A DNA stretch of 42,618 bases from positions 62,891-105,508 of the forward strand of contig NW_005434602.1 of NCBI RefSeq assembly GCF_000315625.1, read 5' to 3'. The position numbers and the translations under genes were made by a program. Shown here one piece after another: positions 11,536-21,948 of the stretch (positions are counted from its first letter, which is position 1; the number at the start of each line of letters is the position of its first letter). The DNA comes from Guillardia theta CCMP2712 (lineage: Eukaryota > Protista > Cryptophyta). Below the pieces are notes generated by a model. The model saw nothing but the letters and a program-made list of their open reading frames with translations, did not search any database and was not told the DNA's origin.

Positions 11536-14500
11536 ATGGGAAATAAGCCAGATAGACAGCGACAATACTACATGAGGATGCAATGATAGCATCAAGGCAG
11601 CGAGAAGGACAAAGTGAGGAGATTGTCGAGAGATGTAGGCATCGAGATATGAAAGCGATACGTTGGACCAGCAGCTCCATTAGGACTTGACTGAATCATT
11701 GAAAAGGGAGGGAGGCATGCTTACCTGAATGAATATGCTTACCTGAATGAATATGCTTTACCTGAATGAATATGCAGGCTTTGCCGACGTTGTAGCTCGA
11801 GCTGTGGGGCAATCTCTGTACATGGACTTTGAAGAAGATAGGAAGGTCTTCACGTTCGAAGGTAATCGATTGCTCGCCGCAAACCTTGCACTCACATCAA
11901 CACCAGGCGATCACGGAATAGGGATCATATTTGATAGAATTTCGAACGAAGAAGGTGTGGACGACATTGCAGCAAAGTAGAAACATCGAATGAGATGTGT
12001 TTGAAGGAGAAGTTTCCGTCACCGTAAAAGAAGTTATCAAGCATGGCTCAGCCTTCAGATCGGGTTCGGAAGGTGTAAAGGGGTCAAGGAGATGATGAAT
12101 TGAAGCAGGCAAGGTCAATGCAGGCGACGAAATCCTGGCGATAGAAGGCGAAGACGTGAAGGCAACCAAGATGAGCACGGAGCGAGTCAAGACTTTGTTC
12201 AAGGTTCAGCCACGCTTCTCCTCATGCCTCCTAAGGCTCTGCAGGGGCCCAGTGGTACTTTCTGCGGCTTCTTGATTTTGAGGCCCAACGGAGAGCGCGA
12301 GAGGATGGAGCTTGAGCGAGGAAACGTGAGCGACTCCTGAGGGCAGGAGGACATCGTGATGGTTGATGAATGCGAGCAGGCGGGATATTGGGCTCTCTAT
12401 GACCAGCTGCAGCACGCGCATGCCGAGATCATGGTAGCTTGTCGCACATGACGCTGTTCATGTCGTGTGATGTGCCACAGGCGCGCGAAAGCGACGTGAT
12501 TTCGTACAGGAGAGAAAGAGAATCCTTCATGGCCAAGGTAGGGGCTGCAGCCTTCCGAGTGCCACTGACTCGAGGGCTACAAGATTGCCTCCCTTGAGAT
12601 GTACGTCAACCAAGCAAACGATCGGACAAAAGCCGAATTGTTGGCCAAAGTGAAGGCAGAGAACATGATCAAGGTGCCTCGACCCCTCCTACACTTCTCG
12701 TCTTCTCCTAGTCCGTCAACGCTGATACAGTCCATCAACTCTAACCCTCTCCTCCTCCAGGTCGTCGAAGACGAACGTGACCGAGTCAAGGGTGACTGTC
12801 AGGTATCGCCCCTGCTCCCCCCCCCCTGCTCTCTCTTCCTCTCTCCTTCTGATGTGTCGACAGCGCCTTGAGGCCAAGATCGAAGTCCTCCTGCGGCAGA
12901 TCAAGGAAGCCGAAGAACGCGCAAAGAAGGCCGAGATCGAAGCTGAAGTACGGGCTCCAGGGCAAGGAGCTTACCTGACGTCGCTATTCCAGGCAGCGAA
13001 GAAGGCAGCGCAGCTGGAGGAGCTTGCTCGGAAGACAGCAGAAGGTGAGAGTCAGCGGGAGGAAGAGTCGGTGACAGTGTTGTGCTGCAACAGAGCGAGA
13101 GCGAAAGCTGCAATCTTCCATCCTCGATGAGATGCAGACAAGAAGACAAACGCAGAACGAGGATGAAATTCTCAAGGTTTGTGGGTCAGTCACGCAAGGG
13201 GCACTGAAAGTCGATCAGGCACGGCTGGCCGAGCTTAGCGAGAAGATCAAGTCCTTGACTGCCACCTCCACTCAGCTCGTCGAGGTCACCAGCCAGGTCT
13301 CAGCTCGCCCGCCGCCTCTCCTTCTCTCCTCACCCGCACTCATCCTGACAGCTCGAGGACTGCAAGAAGAAGCTCGCCCGCGCTGAAGCGGAAGTAGAGT
13401 CACGCAAGGCAGTCATCGCTGAGCTCCAGGTGACCCTCGCTCGACGGGGGGCTGGTGACCTGACGAGCCGTCGGATGCAGGCGGAGGTCAAGAAGTCAAA
13501 GTCCTCGCAGGTGTGTGACGCTCGTAGCTCCTCCCGCCCTCTGCCGCCTCCCGTCTTGTTGTCCGGCGACTGACCGTGCCGTCCCCTCCCAGGCCTCCAC
13601 AGAAGCCAAGTGCAGCACCCTCGAGTCTGGTACCCGAGAGCTCCTGGACGCCTCGCGGTGTAGTGACAGCCTTGCGACAGAGCTCACCTTCCTCCGCGAC
13701 GAGACCTCGCGTCAAAAGGCTGACCTCGCCACGCTCGAGCAGCTGCTGAGGTGACTTCGCCTCCTCGTCCTGCGCTGCCGCTTGACCCTCGTGCCGCCTC
13801 TGCGTCCAACAGCAAGGCCAAGGTGGAGGCTGAGAACGCTCAGGTGATGCTGCTTGCCCCCTCCACGTAGCGCAGCTCATGTGTGTTGCTGCTAGAGCGC
13901 GAGTCGCGTGCTGGAGATGGAGCTGCAGCCCCTACGGTGAGGAGGAGAAGGAGAGGGGAAGGCTGAGCTGATGCCTTCCGTCAGCGATCGTGAGCAGATC
14001 CTGGAGAAGTCCATCGGAGAGCTCAAGGTGAGTCCGCGTCTCTCGTCGCTCCTCACCCGCTCGTCTCCAGGCCAAGTACGAGGACACAACCAGCGAGCTC
14101 CAGCGCGAGCGAGCAGACCGTCAGATCGGTGATGCAATGAGAGAGGGAGGGAGGGAGCAGCTGACGACCGCGGCCGTAGCGGAGAAGCAGCTGCATGATG
14201 TGGGCGAGCGATGCACGGGACTGGTCAAGTGAGTGCGAGAGAGGAGCAGCGGGGAGAGCTGACGCCATCAGCAGGAGTCTGGCCGAGACGCGCGATGCAG
14301 TAAGCAGCTTGTGCGAGCGTGTGTTGGCAGCAGCTGACGCGGAGCGATCAAGTTGCGTGAGAGAGAGATGAAGATCGAAGAGCTGGAGGCTCAGCTCGCA
14401 GACCTCAAGATTCAGGTGCTGGCGGCTCCTCTCCCCTCGCGCGTGCTAGAAGGTTGACATATGGGCGGGGCAGGTGGGAGCGATTCCCCAGCTGAAAGCC

Positions 14501-15938
14501 AAGGTGCTGTCGCTGTCGACGGAGAAGGTAAGAAGGGGACGGGTAGGGAGGGGATGACGAGGATGTAGCGTAACGTGGAGGACATGGTGGAAGAGCTCAA
14601 GGCTGAGGTCTCGATCGTTCAACTCAGGTGGAGCTCTTTTGTTCTGTTGTCCTCGATCGTTCAGCTCAGGAGATGACAGCGAGAAACGAGTGCGTGAGGA
14701 GTGCGAAAATTCGAACAAGCAGGCGAGGGGAGGAGGGAGAGGAGGAGGATGAGAAGTGACGGGACATGTAGATTGAGAAACTCTACAACGAGCTCAATGA
14801 GCTCAAGTTGACGGGTGGGCCACCATTTCTGCTGCTGCTGCTGCGGGTCCCTCCTCCCTTCACTCTCTGACTCGAGTCTCAGACGCGCAAAAGCTCGCGG
14901 ATCTCCATCGGCGCATCAACGAGGACGTGTACTTCCTTACTCAGGTTGTTGCCTGAGCCTCCACGCCCTCAGCAAGTAAGCGGGTGACGGCAGGAGCGAG
15001 ACAACTACAAGCTCGAGCTTGACCGCTTCTACTCGCTGCCCAACCCTTGCGGTACTCGAGGGCACAGGAGGAGGCGGGGGATGAGCCGAAACTGATCAGA
15101 GCGGCAGGGATCGGGTGTGAGATCGAAGAGACAGTGGAGAAGACAAGCTTGGGTGCTGTAGCACGTGGCTCCTCCTCGACTGACGTTGACCAGGAGGAAC
15201 TCAGAGCACCATGTACGTCAAGTCCGTACTACACGGTGAGAACTCCTTTCCGATCGCCTCCTCATCCTCCCCTAAGCGAGCCACCTCCTCTCCTCTCCTC
15301 TCCTCTCCTCTCCTCTCCTCTCCTCTTCCTTCGTATCTGCTTTGACGCGGCTGGTCAGGATCTTCGGCCGATTTGTCAGGAGTCATCGAGAAGGTAAGTC
15401 TGACCTGTTTATCTTCTTCCTCTGACTTCTCTCAGAACGACATCCTCCTCGAAGTCAACGGCACCCGTCAGTCTTCCCTCCCCCCTTCCTCCTCCCTTCT
15501 CTCCTCGCTCCCTTCTTTCGCTCGTTTCCTTCTCTCTCACTCTCTTCTCTCGCAGCAACGACTGGCATGACCCTCGACGAGCTCAGAGAAAAGATCGCGG
15601 GTGAAATACTTTTCCAACCCCTTCCCCAACCGCTTCTTTCTCTTCCTTCCCTCCCCTCTTCCTTCTCCCCTGCTCTCGACTTCTTCTTCCTCCTGTTTTC
15701 TCTTTGCCCCTCTCCTCATGCTTCTTACCCTCTTCGCAGGTCCGCGTGGCTCACGAGTGATCATCAAGTTCCTTCGCAATGGCAGGACAGCCGCGGTCTG
15801 ACAAGTCCAACCTGTCCTCTTCTCCGTCCTCCTCCCCTCATCCTCTTCTCCGTCCTCCTCCCCTCGTCCTCTTCTCCGTCCTCCTCCCCTCATCCTCTTC
15901 TCCGTCCTCCTCCCTTCGTCCTCTTCTCCGTCCTCCTC

Positions 15939-15973
<35 letters not shown>

Positions 15974-16517
15974 CTCACGATCCATCTGTCCTCATGATTC
16001 TTTTTCCCATCCTCTCCTCCCTTCCTCCCCTTGCTCCGTGTCACTCTCCTCTTCTCCTCCTCTGTTCAGCTTCATCTCACGCACAATGACACAGGGAACT
16101 CTTGTCTACAACATCGCACTTAAACGAGGTTTCTGCTCCTGTTCCTGCTCTTCCTCGACCTCGTCCTCGTCCTCCATTCCTTCACTTTCTCTTTCGCAGG
16201 ATCATGGGGTCCAGAGCATGCTGTGGTTTCTTCGGAGGACATGGACATGCTCGACGTGGGACGATGGTGAGAGGAGGGAGACAAGCGAGAAGAAGAGGGG
16301 GAGGTTGAGGGAGGACAACTTGATGGGTTAGGGGAGAGCAACAGAGGCAGGAGAAGGGCAAGGAGTGACGGGGCTGCTGCAGGCCCAAGCCCGGGTCGGT
16401 CTCCTCCTCTCGATTCAACGCCAAGGTGGGAGGGGGGAGGGGAGTGGAGGGGAGGGAGGAAGTGACGAGGAGCAGGAAATCTTCCGCTTGCACTTCAACG
16501 AGGCTCAGACGGCGTGA
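11536..16517 (+). CDS. PDZ / long coiled-coil / PDZ protein (paralog B)
   Basis: Exon-by-exon homologous to A: GDHGIGIIFDRI..VSVTVKEVIKHGSAFRSGKVNAGDEILAIEGE..VKTLFKGPSGTFCGFLI; NDILLEVNG..MTLDELREKIAGPRGSRVIIKFLR..YNIALKRGSWGPEHAVV..EIFRLHFNEAQTA* (TGA 16515-16517). The 5' end is uncertain because of the adjacent gap. Confidence 0.8.
11717..11777 (+). repeat. 18-bp tandem triplication ending in a splice acceptor
   Basis: ATGCTTACCTGAATGAAT x3 (third copy with +1 T), then ATGCAG. Confidence 0.9.
13217..14610. repeat. Inverted near-identical block 2, arm B (partner 7421-8810)
   Basis: Reverse complement of 7421-8810. Confidence 0.95.
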
Positions 16518-16577
16518 AGACAAGAGGGAGAGACGCCAGCAAGTGCGGGAAGGAAGAAGGGGAGTAGACTTGATGCA

Positions 16578-18360
16578 TTAAACTCTTTCCTCCTCTCTCA
16601 GCTCCACCTCCTCCAATCTTCCATCGCGCACAGAAGCTCTGCGAGGTTGTCAGCGAGGAAGCAGCAGCAGCAGCAGCAGTTACCTGAACGTCTTTCGCAT
16701 GCCTTCGACTGGCTCGAACGAAATCCGCAAAGCGTCGCCATGGAAATGCAACGAGAGACCGTGAGGAGCGACGCTGAAAGTGAAGACAAGTAAGAGAAAA
16801 GAAGCAAGGCGGATGGGAGGGCTCGAAGTACTTACGGGAGTTTCTCGTCCTCCCGAACGATCTGCATCTCAATGTGAGGAAGTGAAGGAGAGAGGAGGAA
16901 GAAGAAGAGGAGAAAGAAGGAGAGGAGAAGAGAGAGGAGAGAAGGGAGGGAGAGGAGAGAGAAGGAGAGAAGGGGAGGGGAGAGGAGGGGAAAGGAGCAG
17001 GATTTTTATTCACCTCATCGGACTGGCTCATAACTGAACTTCCACCTTCAGAAATGGGGAAGATCACTCTTTTCACCCGCCACCTGCCTGTGTCAATTTT
17101 CATTCACTCCTCCTCCTCCTCCTCCTCCTCCTCCTCCTCCTTTCACCTCCAGCCTTGCTTGCCCCCGCCATTTCCCCGAGCTCCGTCATTCTCTTCAACG
17201 CCCTGTCATGTCGTCATCCGCATCCTGCTTCAGCTTCACGCCTCCAGCTCTTGTCACCATCTTACCCTCCCTCTCCCTGCCCTGCCCCCTTCCCCTCCCT
17301 CCCTGCCTCCCTCCCTGCCTCCTGCTGCTGCTGCTGCTGCTGCTCTCATTCTCCTCACTTGGGGTCGCGGAACACCTCCCAGTAGGAGGCGGCGTCATCG
17401 AAGGCCGCCAGCTTCTCCTCGAGGCGGAGGCGGAGGGTTCCAGCACGAGCGACTGAGGAGCCGCAGACTTGAAGGCGCAGGAGGGGAGAGGAAGGGGAGG
17501 AGAGGAAGAGTTTCCTGCAGCAGACGATGAGCAAGTGACGAGGACAAGCATGAGGGAAGGAGATGCGGAGACAGAAGGGCAACAGCAAGAGCAGAAGATC
17601 GAGACGGAGGAGGGGGAGGGAAAGGGGAGGAGGAACCATTTGAAATCTTGTCCTGCAGGTTCCAGGAGGAAGGCGCTGCCATCGGGAAATAGAGAAGAGC
17701 AGGAGATTTCCTGCTGCTCGACCTTCTTCTCCGTTGGTACCGAATCGACGGCACACCTGAGACCAGTGAGACAAACGAAGAATGACGGGAGGGGAGAAGA
17801 GAGAGGAAGAGAGAGGAAGAGAGAGGAAAAGAGAGGGAGAGGGAGGGAGGGAGGGAGGGAGGGAGGGAGGGGAGGGGAGGAGTAACGTTCGACCCGGCGA
17901 TGAGTNNNNNNNNNNNNNNNNNNNNNNNNNNNNNNNNNNNNNNNNNNNNNNNNNNNNNNNNNNNNNNNNNNNNNNNNNNNNNNNNNNNNNNNNNNNNNNN
18001 NNNNNTGAGTGAGTGAGTGAGTGAGTGAGTGAGTGAGTGAGTGAGTGAGTGAGTGAGTGAGTGAGTGAGTGAGTGAGGGAGGGAGGGCAGCAGTTTCACC
18101 TCTCGATGAAGGAAGAAGGGATTTTCTCTGCTACTTCGTGAGCAACAGCGCGCGTGTTCACCTCTCATACCTGACGTCACCCCGGAGAGAGTCATTCGGA
18201 ACGGCGTGCAAGATTTTCGCTTCGAGCATGAGAGAAGAAGAGAGCAGCGCTGGTGGCAGCTCGCTATTCTAGAGGAGTGAGAGGGGGAAACATCTGAAGC
18301 CAGTGTAAGGAAGAAAAGAGGTATCATGAAGCTTCACATGGTGAGAGGAAGCCATGAGAG
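16578..18360 (-). CDS. Hypothetical multi-exon protein, spans an assembly gap
   Basis: The 3' exons splice in frame: GRWRVKRVIFPISEGGSSVMSQSDE|IVREDEKLP|VAPHGLSLHFHGDALRISFEPVEGMRKTFR|ASVRDGRLEEVELREEERV* (TAA 16580-16578). Upstream exons include VARAGTLRLRLEEKLAAFDDAASYWE and NSELPPALLSSSLMLEAKILHAVPNDSLRGDVR. Start uncertain; no family recognised. Confidence 0.55.
17906..18005. other. Assembly gap (100 N) at a (TGAG)n microsatellite
   Basis: N run followed by (TGAG)n to ~18076. Confidence 1.
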
Positions 18361-18509
18361 CGATGGAGGAGAGAGAAGCTGAAGAGAAGGAGAGAAAAAG
18401 TCCTCATCTACGAGGAGAGTTGTCAGAATATCATCAATCCAAGAAACTCTCCTCCTCCTCCTCCTCCTCCTCCTCCTCCTCCTCCTCCTCCTAATGTTCT
18501 TGGCATAGT

Positions 18510-18530
18510 AAAAAGGTGACGGGGATAAAA
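18510..18530 (-). terminator. Putative Pol III oligo-dT terminator(s) of tRNA-Thr
   Basis: T4 (18530-18527) and T5 (18514-18510) on the minus strand just downstream of the tRNA. Confidence 0.6.
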
Positions 18531-18539
18531 CAGTGCTTG

Positions 18540-18613
18540 TGCCTCTAGCGGGGCTCGAACACGCGACCTCACGCTTACTAAGCGTGCGCTCTGACCAACT
18601 GAGCTATAGAGGC
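18540..18613 (-). tRNA. tRNA-Thr, anticodon AGT
   Basis: GCCTCTA-TA-GCTCAGTTGGTCAGAGC-G-CACGC-TTAGTAA-GCGTG-AGGTC-GCGTG-TTCGAGC-CCCGC-TAGAGGC-A. Full cloverleaf, A and B boxes, no intron, CCA not encoded. Confidence 0.97.
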
Positions 18614-19435
18614 TTGCAATGGTGCCAGCGACTATTGCTCAAGTAACGGCCAGGCCCCCACGTCGGAGTCCGAGTCCGACGGGCCGGCCAGGCCCGCCCG
18701 GCCCGGCCGACTCTACTCTCCGAGGCCCGCCCGGCCGACTCTACCGTAGTACTCTCCGAGGCCCGGGCCCTCAGTCCGACAGTGACTGACTCGTACTTAA
18801 GAAGTCACTGACTCTACTCGAGCTGATCATGCCAGTGGAATCGGACCGAGTCGGCCGGGCGCCCGGCCAGCGGCCTGCTAGCATCGAGCCTGAAACTATT
18901 TTCCGACAACTTGTGTTAGGTTACTGAGCCTCGTAACGTTTACAAGTTGCACCGTCTATGGAACAGCCTGGCAAATACAGTCCCAAAAGTTTGATACAAA
19001 GAAGAATCATGGCAACCAACCAATCGACGGCACCGTCACGACCCGTCTAGCCTAGTATGCCCAACCCTAAATCCATTCCCAAACCTCTATCAGCATGCCT
19101 CAGGCGCGTACCGTACACTATGCAATGTGTTTTACTGTTGTTGACAATGACGTATTGTATCTGAACTGGAGGAGAGGATGACACAGATTTGTGACCAGGC
19201 AACGCTAAGCCTATATCTAGCCTAGTAGCATCGAGACACCTGTCCTCCTCGTCTCTGTTCGTCGCAATGTAGTAATCCTGTACTTGTCTGTACTGTACAA
19301 CAATACATGGAACTGAATATCATGCTGTTCTATCTTCGACTTGTGTTAGCGGCCGCCGACTCACGGTGGCATCACAGTGCTAACAGGGCCGGTGACTTGG
19401 AGCCTGAGTGATTGCCACTGACAACTGTTAGTTCA

Positions 19436-20680
19436 TTAGTCCCTGAAGCTCAAAGAAATTTCCGCTAGCGAGTCTCCTCGCAGACGTAGGGCCTCTGCCC
19501 TGGAGAAGCTCTTCTTCGCCTTCATGCGCAGGCAGTCGTCCACCACAGCCAGAAACTTTGGGCTGCAAGTCTCGTCCGCGTGAGACAGGCGGGAAGGAGA
19601 GGCGTTGGCGGATCTCCGGGTAGGAGGAGCCGCGAGGCCTCGCAGCTTCTTCTTCATGTCGATCACCAGCACGGCAGGCACAACGTCCGATGCTGTGTTG
19701 ACGCTGCTGGACATGTGCACCTTCTGCTCCTCCTGGCGAGTTTCAGCTGGACCCTGCTTTTCTTTCGCTGCCGCTTGCTCGCGAGGCGTTCGAGCCTCAG
19801 TGCGTGAGATTGTCCCCCTGGTCCTTCCCTTGTCGAGCTGGTGCCGCATGAACTTGTTGAACACATGCGCGTTGAAGGAAGGGATTGCTCGCGTAGGACT
19901 GGAGGGACGAGCGCTGCTGCCCCTCTCTCGCTTCCACTGCATGAACTCCTCCTCCTCCTCGCGCGAGAGGTACGAGAGCTGGTGTTGGCTCGTGTCTGGT
20001 GGGACAGTCTCCGTCTCTTGTGAAGTGGATGAGGGGCGATGCTTCCGTCTAGACCTCCCTCTCTGCCTCTCCCTGTCATGCCGCGGGTCCTCCTTCTTGG
20101 AGTGCTGCCTCAATCCTTGCGGCCGAAGGTGAGTGATAGAGCCGGGGTAAACCACAACGTCGCTGCCAAAGCCGCGGAGCTGCAGAGGCAAATGAAAAGC
20201 TTCGGGCATGTCAACATCCTTGTCTGCCTCCTCCACCATGTTGGCGTCCACGTCATCTTCATCTTCATGGATCCCATTCGGAGCCCCGTTGCCTCGATCC
20301 ACGCTGTCGTCACAGAACTCAACTCCAGCCAACGTCAACTCATCCTCCAACTTGGCTTCTCTTGTTCGCTCTGGAAGGAACCTGGTGAATCTCTGCTCCT
20401 GTCGTTCTACCAGCGAGGATTCAGAAGCCCCTTCGTCTACCTCCATGTCTGTCTTCTCCTCCTTCTCCTTCTCCTTCTCGACACCCGACATGCCCTCCTC
20501 GGATAAGCTACTCCACTCCTCTTGCGTCTCTTTCTCTACGCGGATCCCTGGAGCTTCGCTCTTGTTCCCCAGCCTCTTCCTCCGGCATTGCACCAGGCCG
20601 AATCGCTGCACCACCAGCACCACCATCGCCATCGCCCCCACCACCACCACCACCGCCCACACCGAGTTCATCCCCCGCAC
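19436..20680 (-). CDS. Hypothetical single-pass membrane protein with a long disordered tail, probably the large last exon of a gene extending to ~21800
   Basis: 414-aa uninterrupted ORF with hydrophobic segment VWAVVVVVGAMAMVVLVV followed by basic RRKR. An AG acceptor lies just upstream, and candidate upstream exons (DFFPIAITFSASFTTR; VHALIFGVAEIPSSASLVKPELY) lie between SSR-filled introns. Confidence 0.65.
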   Translation of the reverse strand: MRGMNSVWAVVVVVGAMAMVVLVVQRFGLVQCRRKRLGNKSEAPGIRVEKETQEEWSSLSEEGMSGVEKEKEKEEKTDMEVDEGASESSLVERQEQRFTRFLPERTREAKLEDELTLAGVEFCDDSVDRGNGAPNGIHEDEDDVDANMVEEADKDVDMPEAFHLPLQLRGFGSDVVVYPGSITHLRPQGLRQHSKKEDPRHDRERQRGRSRRKHRPSSTSQETETVPPDTSQHQLSYLSREEEEEFMQWKRERGSSARPSSPTRAIPSFNAHVFNKFMRHQLDKGRTRGTISRTEARTPREQAAAKEKQGPAETRQEEQKVHMSSSVNTASDVVPAVLVIDMKKKLRGLAAPPTRRSANASPSRLSHADETCSPKFLAVVDDCLRMKAKKSFSRAEALRLRGDSLAEISLSFRD

Positions 20681-20714
20681 CTCGCCATCCCGCCCCTATC
20701 CCTTATGGTGATGG

Positions 20715-20958
20715 AGGAGAGGAGGAGAGGAGGAGAGGAGGAGAGGAGGAGAGGAGGAGAGGAGGAGAGGAGGAGAGGAGGAGAGGAGGAGAGGAGGAGA
20801 GGAGGAGAGGAGGGGGAGAGGGGGAGAGGAGGAGAGGAGGAGAGGAGGAGAGGAGGAGAGGAGGAGAGGAGGAGAGGAGGAGAGGAGGAGAGGGGGAGAG
20901 GAGGAGAGGAGGAGAGGGGAGAGGAGGAGAGGAGGAGAGGAGGAAGAGAGGAGAGGAG
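20715..20958. repeat. (GAGAGGAG)n-type polypurine microsatellite
   Basis: Direct reading. Confidence 0.95.
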
Positions 20959-21267
20959 ATGAGATGCGAAGAGGCAAAGCGGCAGAACCATGAGAGCTGA
21001 GGCACACACGACGAAGACACGAGTCAGAGCAGGACAGGACAGGGCTGGTCAAGACGATACAAGAAGAATAAGGTGAAAGACAGACTGGTAGAGCTCGGGC
21101 TTGACAAGTGATGCCGAGGAGGGAATCTCAGCGACACCGAAGATAAGGGCATGGACCTGAGAGCCTTAGCCTTTCTCTCTAGCTTCAGCTGCATGCCTGC
21201 ACGCCAAACGCTGGACGTTGATCCTATGAAGGAATGTGACTGGGATTCAAGAACAAGACGACGACGG

Positions 21268-21519
<252 letters not shown>

Positions 21520-21948
21520 ATATGATGCTGATAGAGATCATGCTGATTGACGGTACTGATTGGGATGGGTTTTACCCTCGTGTGGTGAAGGAGGCGCTGA
21601 AGGTGATTGCAATGGGAAAGAAATCTAAGCACCGAAAAGAGGATGAAGATGAACAACAGTTTAATGAGCTCAATACCTAGCTCACTGGCAGATACGAGCC
21701 TGATGTTCAACATCCTCAGTCTCACAGATTCCTCGGCAGGCAGGAGTAGCAAGCAACACGTTGGTGATCTAAATGAAATGCTTTCACTCTCATCAGAGAT
21801 CACAACGCTTCTTTCATCGTCGTGATTCTCCTACGATGATTCAAACTGTTTCATGTTCTGCCCGACAACTAGCTCACTAGGCTTAGTCCCTACCCTACCC
21901 CTAAGATCATACCAAAATGGGTCGACAAGGGGGTAGGGTGTGTGCGAT

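Noticed and set aside
18006-18076. (TGAG)n as an interstitial telomere
   Set aside because: Simple intronic tetranucleotide SSR like many others here; no evidence of telomeric identity.
18900-19430. Possible snoRNA/ncRNA in the intergenic region (short repeats TCTAGCCTAGTA, ACTTGTGTTAG)
   Set aside because: No convincing C/D box pair with terminal stem or H/ACA structure.
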